This document shows, piece by piece, positions 11,601-25,900 of a stretch of 64,000 bases of DNA. Below the pieces are notes generated by a model that was not told the origin of the DNA, did no database searches, and worked only from the letters and a program-made list of their open reading frames with translations. The position numbers were made by a program, and so were the translations under genes. Within the stretch, counting starts at the first letter, position 1, and each line of letters begins with the position of its first letter. Source of the stretch: Eledone cirrhosa. Taxonomy: Eukaryota. The stretch covers positions 372,620,001-372,684,000 of the forward strand of contig OZ024743.1 of NCBI GenBank assembly GCA_964016885.1. The letters run 5' to 3'.

Positions 11601-14312
11601 TCCCTATCCTTATTTTTAACTAGGAACCTATCTAGGTACGACCTAGATGTTCCACTACGATTAGTCCACGCCCACAGTGGCACAGTCGGAAAATCTAGTC
11701 GATATCTATCGGCCAGATCAAATCGGCCGATTAACCGTTTGAGGTTGTTACACCCCCCCCCCCTCTATCGGGACATGCCCCTACATAGTCCCAACGTGCA
11801 TCCAGGATACCATTCCAGTCCCCCACTAAAAGCAAGGAGCGAGACATTCCCAGAAAAGTCTCTAGGCATTGGAAGAAGTCCAGTCGCGGTGTACCAGATG
11901 GGGCATATGCTGCCACCAGCCTGAAGGCTCCACCTTCACTACTGCCTACGTCTAGAACCACCAGTCGACCCTCCGGGTCCAGGTGTACCTTCCGTGCTGT
12001 GAGGCCCAGATGTTTTTGCAGCAGAACGACCACCCCGCCCTATCCCCCGGCTGACAGAGAGATGCATAGATCTAAAAGTCGTCGAAGATGGGGGCCAGTT
12101 GGTGCTTGCTGCTGATCCTGGACTTGCAAATAGCTATCACATCCATTCTGTGCAGATTGAGGTAATTTAAGAGGTTGCCCTGCTTCCAGGACATCCCCAG
12201 GCCGCGCACATTTAAACACATCCAACTCTTATAACTGCCATGTTGGTGGTGAAGAGTTTAGAGTGGAGAAAAAGGAAAAGACACCTACCTGTCCTTTTCC
12301 TGGGGATCAGGCTGCACAATTTCCATGGGGGTGTCGGCAGGGTTGTTTGGTGGGGTGGTGGTTTGGGATGTGGTGGGGACATCAGTGTGTGGTGGGGTGG
12401 GGGTGTTTGGTGGGGGGGGAGGGGGACATTTCAAGAGGACGCGGTTGCTAGGTCTAGTACAGGGGTTCCCCACGTCCTCGGGAAAGTTCTGTTTGAGCAT
12501 TGCGTAGCTGTCCCTTGGGACCCTAATCATTTTTAAATGCGGTTTAGTCGCCGCATTGGTTAACTTTTTCCCTTCGGTTTCCACCGAAGGGTCTTTGTCT
12601 ATTGTTTGCACAAATGTTTTGTTGTTTGTGTTGATGTATGTATACTGTTTTGGTTGTGTTGTGTTTGTTTTTGTTTGTTGTTCTTGTGTGTGTTTGCGTT
12701 TTGTAGTATGTGTTATGTTTTCGGCGGGGTGGGGGGTTCTGTTTGTTCTGTTTGTGTTGGTGGTTGTGTGTTTGTTGCATTTTTGTTAGTGTGGTGCCTT
12801 CTTTTCTTTCTTTTTATAGGTTGAAAGGGTTCTCCCTCGTCGTCACTGGGTGACGTTGATAAGGGGTCCTCGTCCGTGTTGTTGGAGAAGGGTATATTTT
12901 GGGGTTTTGTTGTGGTTGCTTTTGTATTTGTTTTAGGTGGGGAGGGGTTTGGTGGGACAGTGTCTTGTGTTGTTATTTTTTCGTGTTGTTGTTGTGGTGG
13001 TGGTGGTGGTGGTGGTGGTGGTGGTGGTGGTGGTGGTTGTGTTGTTGTGTGTGGGGTGGGCAGAAGCGTCTTTTTTTTTGGGGGGGGGGGGCATTTAAAA
13101 GGGGACAGGGAGCCCTCAGGTGATCACTTCTTGAACAGTGGTAGCATGAAGGCCGCCTGCACTCAACAGAAATGTTTATGAAGGCGACTCCATCCAGGGA
13201 CACACGCTGCGGTATTCTTGCTATCCGTTCTGGTCTCATTTGGACCAGAACTTCAAGGCTATTGCCGCCGAATACGCCCCCGGTGGATTCGCCTATCGAA
13301 AGGATTGTGTCCTCATCTTCTAAGAATCCCGTTAGCACCCACCAAATGCTCGCATTTGGCCTGATACCCGAGATTCTTATCTTTTGAGTTCTTTTCCCCA
13401 AATATGTGGGGGAAAAGGTGTATGCTTTGGATACAATTGGCGACACAGAATATTTCCGTGCCACCAATTCATCTTGAATTAAAACAGATATGCTTCCATA
13501 CAGTTTCCCTTTCTGTATGAAAGCGATATCCTTCCAGGCACTACTTAGGACCAGCTTAATTTCACTTTGGGAGAATTGAGTTTCCTAGAAACTGTCCTAA
13601 AGATTACAGTCCTGAGGACTGTGTCCCTTCTAATTTCTTCGGGGGAGGTAATTGTGAATTCCCCACCTTCCCCGAAATTTACACAATTCCTTGCTTCTTT
13701 CAGCAATTTCTTGGCATTCGAGATGTCCAGTGCCTTGTATGTCTGCGTTTCTCGGACCGCTTGTGCGAAGGAGACAGCTGTGGGTCCGTTTTCTTTCGTG
13801 TTGTTATCATTGTTGTTGTTATTCGTGTTGGCTTACTTTTTTCCTTGTTGGTGTTGTCATTATTGCTGTTGTTGGTTGTGTTGTTATTGTCATTGTTGTT
13901 GTTGTTGGTTGTGTTGTTATTGTCATTGTTGTTCTTGTTTGTGTAATTGTTACTTTTTGGGTTTTCACCCATTTCCACAATTTTTTCTTTTGATTCCGTG
14001 GTGTCTTTTGCGGGAGTGAGGAGGGAAGGCTTACAGCGTTGTGCTGCTACCTTCTCTCTATCCCTTTCCTGGGGGGGGGGGGACATGCGTCGTATTAATG
14101 GCGTCCATTGTCACTAAACGACTTTTTATCGACAACTTATAACTATTAAATTTCGGCCCAAAAAGGGGCGAAATTTATTTTACCCAACGTCTGCAGTCCC
14201 AGGCGAGGGGTTAAACACAATAAATAACAAATTACTTAAACAGACCTACCGCTTCTCGTAATAAATTCCGACAAAATGCAGGAGCGAAACAAAAACACGT
14301 CTATTTTCTCCG
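8617..14312 (-). mobile_element. Full-length but degenerate L1/Tx1-clade LINE
   Basis: ORF1 fragments with a CYHC-x4-H-x4-C knuckle. ORF2 fragments with APE (AYAP, GDWN), RT (FRPITLLN, AYADD) and C-terminal CPRC...HAFVHC. Many frameshifts. AATAAA at the 3' end and a 24-bp direct repeat AGATAGATAGATAGATAGATATGT at 8593-8616 and 14313-14336. Confidence 0.93.
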
Positions 14313-14689
14313 AGATAGATAGATAGATAGATATGTCATCATGATCATCATCATCTCCATCATCACCATTTAATGTCTATTTTTCATGCTTGTATGGGTT
14401 TGATAGATTGTCATGTTCTGTGGTTAGATCAGTCAGATGATCTTTTCTATCTTATACAGTCCAGTTTTGGCAAGGTTCCTATGGCTGGATGCCCTTCCTA
14501 ATGCCAACCACTTTAACAGCATGTACTGTGTGACATCAGCATTACCACCTTACAGAGTGGAGTGGGTCTTTTTATCATGTGTGGGCATGTGTGTGTGTGC
14601 ATGCATGCCTGTGTGTGTATGATATTGTGTAATGTATGCTATGATATTTTATGATGTAGATGAAATTGTATAATTTATGATATGAGATT

Positions 14690-14979
14690 TTGTGACAAAA
14701 CTGATTTTATGGGCAAAACCAGCCAGCAGGAGACCCCGAGCAAGTTGGTTGAATAACATCCATGAGCTGGATCAGTTGGAGATGGTTGCTTCTGACAGGA
14801 TCCACTAGAAAGAGTGTTTGAGGACTCTCAGGAATAAGTGGGTGGCAGCAAAGAAGAAGAAGAAGAAGAAGAAGAAGAAGAAGAAGAAGAAGAAGAAGAA
14901 GAAGAAGAAGAAGAAGAAGAAGAAGAAGAAGAAGAAGAAGAAGAAGAAGAAGAAGAAGAAGAAGAAGAAGAAGAAGAAA
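14690..14979 (+). mobile_element. LINE 3' end remnant with expanded (AAG)n tail
   Basis: Deleted version of 15330-15642, followed by about 43 AAG units. Confidence 0.65.
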
Positions 14980-15329
14980 GTGGTTTTACTTCATAGAATC
15001 AGAGCTGGTTTTGGCCAGTTTGGTAACAAAAGGGTTAAGCAGAGGTTAGCCTTGCAAGCCTCCTGCTTAGCTTCATACTCCTCATAGAATCCTTCTTAAG
15101 ATAATGTTTTATAGTCAGATACTCTTCCTGGCACCAATTCTATAGGTTGCCTCTTACAACATGCAGGGCAGGGATACATTGTACATATTCTAAATTGGAT
15201 ATACACACATGCCCATAGTATCGGAGCTTTGATCTCTGAATTCAGAGAAGTAGTGGCTCTACCTGGAGTGACTCTGTGATCTCTGAGCTATGCACTTTAT
15301 TGAGTAACATTACTCCAAAAGACCCTTTG

Positions 15330-15642
15330 AAGAAGCCCCATGGCCTTGTGATTAGAATGTCTCAGGAAAGAATCACTGGACAGATTTTATGAGCAAAACC
15401 AACCAGCAGGAGACCCAGGGGTAGACCCCGAGCAAGATGGTTGGATAACATCCATCAGCCTGGCTGGTCTCGCTTGGGGATCTTGCTGGATCAGTTGGAG
15501 ACGGTTGCTTCTGACAGGACCCGTTGGAAGGAGTGTTTAAAAACTCTGCTCCTTAACCCTCTCAGGAAGAAGAAGAAGAAGAAGAAGAAGAAGAAGAAGA
15601 AGAAGAAGAAGAAGAAGAAGAAGAAGAAGAAGAAGAAGAAGA
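15330..15642 (+). mobile_element. RTE-like LINE 3' end with (AAG)n tail
   Basis: Reads ...GRRPRGRPRARWLDNI...VASDRTRWK..., a typical RTE C-terminus, then (AAG)n. Confidence 0.7.
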
Positions 15643-16225
15643 GATTTTGTGATGTTCATGCCTTTCTGAAGGGTAGATTTCTCTGTAGATAGGGAAGCAT
15701 CAGTTACAGTGTTTTCCCTATTTAGAACAACAACAACAACAACAACTCTACAGGTAAACTAAAGCAAGGTGTAGAGATTAAGGGAATGTTACAACTCTGC
15801 TGATATCAACAACCATAAATAAACCCAGGTTTAATGTTGCTGACACATCTGTGTAATTCCTACAAAACACAGCCAACATATATCTTTTTGGCCAGCTGCA
15901 GCAACTCCATCAGTCTTACACATACTCTACCTATAGAATATCTTTTATATTATATTTCGTTTTAAGTTTCGTTTTTGTTGTTGTTGTTGTTGTTGTTGCA
16001 GTTGTTTTTTTCCTACGTCATCATCATTTTCATCATGAAGTTTTGATTTTTTAAAAACATTTTCAGAATTTCTCAGTATCTGTTACCTACATATTATATA
16101 CACAAGCTAATGATATTGAGGTGCATACACAGATACAGGTGTACATACAAACTTAAAATTATTCATATATACCTACACACATACCACATTTGTACATATA
16201 TACACAATACACATACACACATATG

Positions 16226-16291
<66 letters not shown>

Positions 16292-16299
16292 ATATGTAC

Positions 16300-16351
<52 letters not shown>

Positions 16352-16764
16352 ATATGTATATAAATATATATATATATATACACACACATACATATGTACA
16401 TAAATATATATATTTATGTACATATGTATGTGTGTACATATATGTAAATATATATTTACACACATATTTATATACATATATAATGTGTATATCTATATAT
16501 ATATATATATATACACACACACAAATATCTATGTACATATATATGTGTATATTGAGACGTGTGGAGAGATGCCATGCTGAGAGGGCCCGTTCAACCCATG
16601 TAAGCTTGGAAAAGCCGACGTAGAAACGATGATAATGATTATGATGATGATGATGATGATATATATATATTATTTAAAATAAAGTACCAGTAATGTACTG
16701 GGTAATTGCTGACCTTGTGCCAAAATTAGAAACAATTATTATTGTTATCATCATCATCATCATC

Positions 16765-17274
<510 letters not shown>

Positions 17275-17802
17275 ATCCCTTTTTCCTTCATCCCTCTTTC
17301 CTTCCTCTCTCTTTCATTCTTCTCCCTCCCTTCTCCTTCTGCCCGTTTTCCTTTTTTCTGTCTTTTTCCTCCCTCTCTCACCTCACTCCATTCCTTATTT
17401 ACTTCCATCCTTTGACTTGTTATGTCTTCCTATGTGGTCCATAGTAAGCGACAGAAAGCACCCAGTCCACACTGTAAAGTGGTCATATTGGTGACACAAC
17501 AAAAAGTGCCAGTCTACACGGTAAAATGGTCATTATGGTACTCTGACAAAAAGCACCCAGTCCACACTGTAAATGTGATCGCCATTAAGAAGGGCATCCA
17601 GTCAAAGAAACCAAGCCAGAAACAGTTCTGTGTGAGCAAGATATGATCATCTGATCTGACTTGTCTCACAACAGGACAACCCATCTAACCCATGCTAGCA
17701 TGGAAAAATGGATGTTGAATGGTGATTATGATATACATATATATATAAATACATACACAAAACTTTTGTCAATTCTATATATATCCTAAACTCCTGACAA
17801 TG

Positions 17803-17839
<37 letters not shown>

Positions 17840-17845
17840 AGTAAG

Positions 17846-17939
17846 ACCCCGACGGCTGAGCTCAAGCCGTTTCGACGGCTAATTCTGGACTAAATGAAAA
17901 TTTATCCTGGTATTTAAATAGCCGAGCTTCTCAAGGGGT
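17846..17939 (-). ncRNA. Type I hammerhead ribozyme motif with U3:A8 core variant and full stem III
   Basis: Minus strand ACCCC-TTGAGAA-GCTCGGCTA...TAGCCGTC-GAA-ACGGCT-TGAGCTC-AGCCGT-C-GGGGT; all three stems pair and the cleavage triplet is GUC. Confidence 0.7.
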
Positions 17940-18412
17940 AATTCCATATATGGTCAAAGTGATTGTCAAAAGTTAGTAGTAATTCTGTGATTGCAAATTA
18001 GTAGGGGAGATGGTGGCTAAACCTGCCAGTAGGAGAAAAAGGGGAGGGGGTGGAGTAGACCCAATCATGCGTTGGTAGTGCCAGCTACAGCTGGGCATGA
18101 GGTCAAAGAAGATACTGGGGAGGGGGAGGAAGTCGGAACGGTAGGTAGAACAATGAGGGGTAAAGATATATCTATGAAAGAAAAAATACTGAGAGTGATG
18201 AAAAGCGAATAAGTGTAAAGAAAAAAGAGTATAAAAGCAAGTTCTACGACCTAAGTCTCTAACTATTGTTAGGCTAGATAGATAAGTAAATAGAGAAAGA
18301 AATAAAGAAAGAAATAAAGAAATAACGTTCCTGCTGCTGCTACTCTACTACCCTAAGTATTGAGTACTTTGGTGCGTTATGGTGCACCTGGTTCCTTACC
18401 ACATTTCCTTCG

Positions 18413-18482
<70 letters not shown>

Positions 18483-18592
18483 AAGTGAGGGTTTTTTTAA
18501 ATTAAAAAATGAGATGGTCTACACAGGTGAAAGTATGAGGAAAAGAAATCGAAAATACAACTGGAGTCTTTTTAAGAATATTTATTTATTTC

Positions 18593-18628
18593 CTTTACTG
18601 GTTTCACAGTTCTTATGCTTTTCAAAAG
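18593..18628 (-). ncRNA. Minimal hammerhead-like motif, U3:A8 variant
   Basis: Minus strand CTT-TTGAAAA-GCATAAGAACTGT-GAAA-CCAG-TA-AAG; inverted homologue at 20387-20430. Confidence 0.5.
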
Positions 18629-18954
18629 TATAATCGAGATGGAGGGTTTGTGGTTTTCTCGCATCTGGTTCGTGTTCGAAAGTTCTTTCTATTTTATGTG
18701 GAGAGAGTGGCTCGAATTGCTGGGTTTTTTTTAAAAGTAATTTGGTTGGTTGATGACTGTCACGTGAATAAGTAGAATAAATTTTGCGCTAGTTCGTGTT
18801 CCAAAGTTTATATTGTATTTGCCTTTAAAATGTGGCTCAAATTGTTGGTTTTTTTATGAATAAATAAGGAAAATATGTTCATTCAAAAATATAGACCAGC
18901 ATTAAATATAGTTTAATATATATTAATATGTTAACACCATAACATGCTAACCAT

Positions 18955-19054
<100 letters not shown>

Positions 19055-19300
19055 CACCCTTCTCTGTATTTGAAAATAAAAGTCCAGAGCTAAATATACT
19101 TTAACATACATTAATATTTTAACACCTTAACATGAACCATTACCCCTCAACACATACACACACACATAACACCCTTCTCCATTTCTACTAATGCAATCAT
19201 TTTTATTTCTATTATCAAGACAATAAACCGATTTACTACACACACTCTCACACACACTCACACACACACACACAAATAAAAGAAATATACTTCTCTTTTC

Positions 19301-19870
19301 TACCCTGCCACCACTGGCACAGACTCTTTCGGCCTCCAACTGCTTTCCTGTCGCCACAGTGCCGGCCGCATTCCACACCATGCTGCCCTCAACGAGGTCA
19401 TTAAGCATGGCTTGGACACTGCAGGCTTCCCTTCCCAGCTCCAGCCGGTGGGCTGGATCGAGGGGATGGCAAAAGGCCAGATGGCATGACCATCTTCCCG
19501 TTCCGCGGTGGCAAACCCCTCGTCTGGGATGCCACTTGCACCAACACTTTCTGCAGCCGCAACCTGGTGCAATCTGCGACTGACCCAGGTTCTGCTGCAC
19601 TTCGGGCTGAGGGGGCCAAACTCCTCAAATACCGGTCGCTCTCCGACAGGTTTGCGGTCGTACCCCTGGCAGTGGAGACTTCTGGTGTCCTCGGCCCCAG
19701 GGCTACCTCCTTACTCACCACCATAGGCGCTGAGCTGGCCAGCCACATGTGTGAACCCTGCGAGTTGGAGTGGCTCTTCCAGCGCGTCTGCCTCGCCATC
19801 CTCAGGGGAAACGCCTTCTCCATTCTGTCCGCCGGGGCCATGGGTGGGCCCCATCGCGTACCGTTGTAGT
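19301..19870 (+). mobile_element. CRE-clade non-LTR retrotransposon 3' fragment (Zn knuckle remnant and restriction-like endonuclease)
   Basis: Frame reads DSFGLQLLSCRHSAGRIPHHAALNEVIK...GLDRGDGKRPDGMTIFPFRGGKPLVWDATC...AEGAKLLKY...PLAVETSG...LFQRVCLAILRGNA; GC-rich island in AT-rich DNA. Confidence 0.82.
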
Positions 19871-20386
19871 TGTTGTAGAAGAAACAGGAAGACAACAACT
19901 GGAAAGTTTGATTTTCTAGAACTTGATGTTTGCTTAGTATTTCGATATTAAGTTTATCTGCATAAGTGCTATATTATCGTCTGCTAATTGTAAGGCTGCA
20001 AACAACTGTAATAATTAAGTCTGCCAGATTTTTCAGCTGCTTAACATTCAATTTATTTCAATAGAAAGTCTGAATTTTGACACCTCAGCACGACATCAGC
20101 CATACTCACTGAACCAGAACTATATCTCCCCCTCCCATTTCTTGACCATTATCTTTTGTTTGGCACAAAACTTTCTATGATAAACCATCCTTTTCTGGCA
20201 CCTATATTATATGGCCAATCATGTGACCCTCAAACAGGAATGCAAATGCGAATGCAAAAGTCGATGTACTTATTCACATGACAGTCATCAACCAACCAAA
20301 TTGCACTTATATATATCCACATAAAACAGAAAGAACTTTCGAACACGAACCAGATGTGAGACAAATCACAAACCCTCCATCTCGAG

Positions 20387-20430
20387 TTTACTTTTGAAAA
20401 GCATAAGAACTGTGAAACCGGTAAAGGAAA
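20387..20430 (+). ncRNA. Minimal hammerhead-like motif, U3:A8 variant
   Basis: TTTACTT-TTGAAAA-GCATAAGAACTGT-GAAA-CCGG-TA-AAGGAAA; palindromic stem III CCGG. Confidence 0.55.
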
Positions 20431-21176
20431 TAAATAAATATTCTTAAAAAGATTCCAGCTGCATTTTCAAGTTCTTTTCTTTATATATCATCATCATCAT
20501 CATCGTTTAACGTCTATCTTCCACGCTAGCATGGGATATATATATATCATCATCATCGATTAACGTCTATCTTCCACGCTAGCATAGATTAGACGGGTTT
20601 GTCCCATTTAGAGGCAAGTTGGGTCGGGTGACCATATCTCGCTCATATAGGAGAATTTCTGGCTAGTTTTCTATGGCTGGATGCCCTTCCTAACACAAAC
20701 CACATTGACAATGTGTGCTGGGTGTTTTTTGCCGTGTCTTTTACATGTCCACTTTACAGTGTGGGCTGGATGTTTTGGGGCTGGTTTTCTATGGCTGGAT
20801 GCCCTTCCTAACGAAAACCACATTTACAGTGTGTGCTGGGTTCTTTTTGTCATGACGCCTACACAATCACTTTACAATATGGGCTGGATGTTCTTTACAG
20901 TGTGGACTGGGAACCTTTGTTGTGTCACTGACACAACCACTTTACAGTGGGGCCTGGGCACTTTTGTCTTGGGACTAGGGAGGGAGGAGGATCTCGGGGA
21001 AAAAATGTGCCTTTGAGCAAGGTCAGCTTTTATCACCTCATCCCAAGTCTTCCTAGGCCTGCCCACACTAATATATATATATACATACATAAACATACAT
21101 ATATATGTGTATTTGTGTATGTCTGAATATATATATTTATCTACATACATGTATATGTGCGTACGTGGTGTGTGTG

Positions 21177-21255
<79 letters not shown>

Positions 21256-21833
21256 GATTAGTTGTCAAAACTTATCATAATGCATCTACAAGCTGCTCAC
21301 TGACATTCAATTCAATTAGCCAATCAGATTTTACTAATTGATTGCTAGGAAACACACCAACACACACACACACTCACAAATACATGCACATACATATATA
21401 TACACAAAAAGTTAGGTATCATTTTACTAGTTTAATCTTTTTCTCCATAATCAAATTTACTAGACATTAGACAGTAGACCAATTGGCTAACAAAATCTAA
21501 AAGGCCCCACCCAAACCCAATACAGGTTTTACTTACAACAGCCTCATTAAAGACCCATTTTTTATAGCAGCAGCAGCAACAGAAGTAGCAGTAGTATCAG
21601 CAGTAGCACCAGCCTACTTGATAAACAGGGCTGATTATAAATCTATATATTCATGAAACTAATGTTTGCTAAGCTTTTTATTACTATCATTATGGGGGTC
21701 GATAAATTAAAGTACCAGTCACGCACTGAGGTCGATTTAATCAACTTTCTCCTCCCCAAAAATTGCTGGCGCTGTACCTAAATCATAAATAATAATGATA
21801 ATAATAATAATAATTATTATTATTATTATTATT

Positions 21834-22963
21834 GTTCTTTGAGTCTCAGTCATTGATGTTAGTTAACTGGAAAGTTTGTTGAAATGAATATCAAGCCGCT
21901 ACCTGCAGCCTCAGATGTTCAGGACGTATCGGAGGGTTCTTGCTGTTCCCAGCAAGCATGCCTTTTGAAGCGTTCCAAAAAGCAGGGCTGGACTAATCTT
22001 CTTTAACCATCCTTGGAAACTCTTTGAGATAGTACCTAGTGCGCCTCTGGCAATCGGGACGACCTTGACCTCATGGCAGTTCCAAATCCTTTTTAACTCC
22101 CACTTTAAGTCCTGGTATCGGTTAATTTTCTCCCTCTCCTTTTCTTTCACTCTCATGTCAAAGGGGCAGGTTACACCCACAATCAGGCACGATCTTTTTT
22201 CCTTGTCCAAAACCATCAGGTCAGGCCTATTGTGTTCTAATTTCTTGTCCGTCTGTATCCTAAAATCCCACAGCACCTTCACCTGATCGTTTTCTATCAC
22301 CAACTCTGGCTTATGCTCATACCACTTCTCAGAATGTGGTAAATTGTTTACTTTGCATAGGTGCCAGTGGATCACCCTGCCCATCACATCATGTCTCCAG
22401 CCCTTATAGTGAGTCTGGGCTAGGTGTTTACACTCGGATACAATGTGAGACACAGTCTCCTCTCTCTCTCCACAGATCCTACACAGTGGGCTAGCCTCCT
22501 CCTTGTAAATATGGTGTTTCACCCACTTCGTTCTGAGGGCCTGCTCTTGCGCAGCCATTAGCATTCCTTCTGTAGCCTTTTTAAGGTCTCCTCTTTTCAA
22601 CCAGTTCCATGTCTGTGGATCTCTAAATTCAGTTTTCTTAAAGAAGGTACTATGAAGGGATTTTTCATGAAGGTTGCTCTTCCTCCTTGTTGTTATTTCC
22701 TCCTTGGACATCCCCTGGTCTATTGTCTTCTCCTTCAGTACAATTTTGAGCTTTGGCTCCCTACTGTCAGTCACGTATTTGTGCAGGTTGTTTTTCTCCA
22801 TCTGAAAACAGTCCTCTATGCTGATAAGACCTCTTCCACCTTCAGATTTCGTTAAGTAGAGTCTATCGACATCACTCCTCTTGTGGAACATATTGTAGAT
22901 AGTCAATAGCTTCCTAGTCTTCCTATCCATTTCTTTTTGTTCAGCAACATTCCATCTCAGAAT
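21834..22963 (-). mobile_element. R4/Dong-clade non-LTR retrotransposon, family A, 5'-truncated
   Basis: ORF 21911-22930 has CRIC...HIVSEC, RHD, NRPD and EKINRY (Zn knuckle plus restriction-like endonuclease); flanked by (TAA)n/(ATT)n. Confidence 0.9.
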
Positions 22964-22984
22964 TATTATTATTATTATTATTAT

Positions 22985-25900
22985 AGTTGCATTTATCTTG
23001 CTTTATGTTCATACGAGTTATCACCAAGTCACAACCAGTGACCCCAAGAGACAACAAAGTCCGCCATGTTCAAGAAAGAACATACATACTCACACATGCA
23101 TCTTTAGTGTTTAGACTTGTGATGTACTTATATTGACAGAATCTTCCTTAGTATATGGGCAGTTCCCATTAGTACTATCTTTTGTATTTCTCCTATACGC
23201 GGGTTTCCTGGGATTTGCGATAAGTAATCATTAGACCCCTTAGGTATCATTCCTAGAGCGCCTACAACCACTGGTATTGTTTTAGTTCTCAATTTCCACA
23301 TTTTTCCAATTTCTATCTCCAGGTCCTTATACTTGCTCAATTTTTCAAATGTTTTTATAGATACATTCTTGTCTATTGGAACAGACATATCAATTAGCAG
23401 GCATACCCTCTTTTTGAAGTCCTTCAATATTATATCAGGTCTATTTGCATCTATTTTTCGGTCTGTTTGGATGCTAAAGTTCCACAAGATTGAGATGTGA
23501 TCTTTTTCAAGTATGGGAGGTGGTTGATGCTCCCACCAATTCTTTTGATGGGGCAGGTCAAAATGCTTACACATTATCCAATGTATGTATTGTGCAGCTC
23601 TGTCATGCCTGTTTAGGTATTCGGTTGGAGCTATAGGACTGCACATTGAAATTATATGGTCAATGGTCTCTGGTTGTTTTTTGCATACACGACATAATGG
23701 GCTGCATCCATTTTTTATTATGTTGGCTTGGTAATTTTTTGTTGGCAGACACTGATCTTGTGCTGATATAATCAGTCCTTCAGTCTCCGATTTCAGTCCA
23801 GAGGATGCCAACCACTGATAGGTTAAAGTTTTGTCAACATCAGGATTGTTAGCTCGCTCTGGGTATTTTCCATACAGAGGCTTTTCTTGCCATTTCTTAG
23901 CCAGTTTCTGTAGCAGTTCTTTCTTTGCAGTTACTTTTACCTGCTTTGCTTTTTCTGTGTTTTCCATTTCAGCAGTAAATGGGACTTCTGAAATTTGTAG
24001 TCCATTACTGTATCTTTGTGCATCTTTTGTAATGGAATATGATCTTTTGATGCTTTCGTGTTTTAAAACGAGTTTGATCATCCAATCATGTGATTCCCTT
24101 AGATATGTAGATAATCCAATTGTTGCAGTTTTCAACGCAATGTCTAACTGGATTAACCCACGTCCTCCTTCTTTCCTAGGGAGATATATTCTATCTATAT
24201 CTGCCTTAGGGTGATGCATTCTGTGCATGGTTAAGAGTTTTCGAATTTTTGTATCGAGCCTACGGATCTCTGTGCTTGACCAGTTGATGACATTGTAACT
24301 GTAGGTTACTACTGGTATGGCAAGCGTGTTTATGGCATCGATCCTATTCCTTGCATTCAATTCCGTTCTTAAGATTGCTCTTACTCTGCGGTAACATTCC
24401 TTCCTTATCCTTTCCCTCATTGTCGAGTGCTTGATTCCGTCTCCTTCACAAACACCTAGATATTTGTAAGTTTTTTCTTGATCAAGTTCTCTTATCACGT
24501 TCCCCTGATCAAGATTAATGTCTGAACTCTTCAGCAGCTTTCCTCTGGTGAACGTTGCTTTGGCCCATTTATCTTGTCCAAACTCCATTTTAATGTCATC
24601 ACTGAACTGCTCCACAGTGGATAATAGCCCTTGCAATTGTTCATCATTTTTTGCAAATAGTTTCAGGTCATCCATGTAGAACAAGTGATTAATGGTTTTG
24701 TCATAGACTTTATATCCATGTTTTGTTTCATTGAGCATTTTACTTAATGGTATAAGTGCGATGCAGAATAAAAGCGGTGATAAAGAGTCACCCTGAAAAA
24801 TTCCACAATTAATATTAACTTCTCCAGCTTCCAGTGATTTTGTTTCACTATTCAAAAGGAGTGTCGTTTTCCATGTCTTCATACTGAATGACAAAAACCT
24901 CCTGACAACGGGGGATATTTTGAAAATCTCTAAACATTTTTCAATCCAACTGTGTGGCAAACTATCGAATGCTTTTTTATAATCTATCCAAGCAATCGAT
25001 AGATTTTTGTGTCTATTATGACAATCTTCCAGTATCATTTTGTTAACCAGAAGCTGATCCTTACAGCCATATGAGCCTCGTTTACACCCTTTCTGCTCAA
25101 TGGGAAATAGGTCATTTGTTATCAGGTGGTCATATGTGTATTCAGTTAGGACTGATGTTAAAATGTTATACATTGTGGTCAAGCAAGTTATCGGTCTGTA
25201 ATTTTTGGGATTGTTTGTCTCATCATTCTTCGGAAGCAGGAATGTAATGCCGTTAACTAGCCATGATGGTATCTTTTCTGGCTCCTTAACTATTTCATTG
25301 TAAAGTTGGGCTAACAGCTCATGAGACTCTGTGAAGGCATTTATCCAAAAGTTTTGTATTTTGTCTTTTCCTGGGGATTTCCATTTGCTGGTTTTTCTTA
25401 GAGCCAAGCGCAACTGTTCAACTGTTATATTTTCCCATATTTGTTCCTCAAGGTGAGCTGTATCTTTCATTTGTCTGTCTATCCATGGGGCATGTATGTT
25501 ATGAACTTTTTCTTCGGCCCAGATCTTTTCCCAGAATTCTTGCACTTCCTCCTTGGGTGGTATTGATTTAGCAGTTATTGTTGACTTACCAACTTTTCTG
25601 TAGAAGTTTCTTTGGTTGTTTTTGAACATATTATTGTCCTTATAGAATCTAGATCGTTTTTCAAAGCGCCTTATACGAGCAGCTTTGGCCGACACTTTTT
25701 GTTTGATTATTTCTATCAGCATGTCTATGTCACTTGTTGATTTTATACTGTACTTTTTTTTCAATTTTCTAAGTTTAGTTTGTTTAACATGTTCACCTAC
25801 TTTATAGTTTGTTAAAATTTCTATGTCAGATCGGAGAAGGTTTATTTGGCGATTGATGTTCTCTTGCCAAGTAGATTTCTTGTGGGAATTCCTTTGTTTT

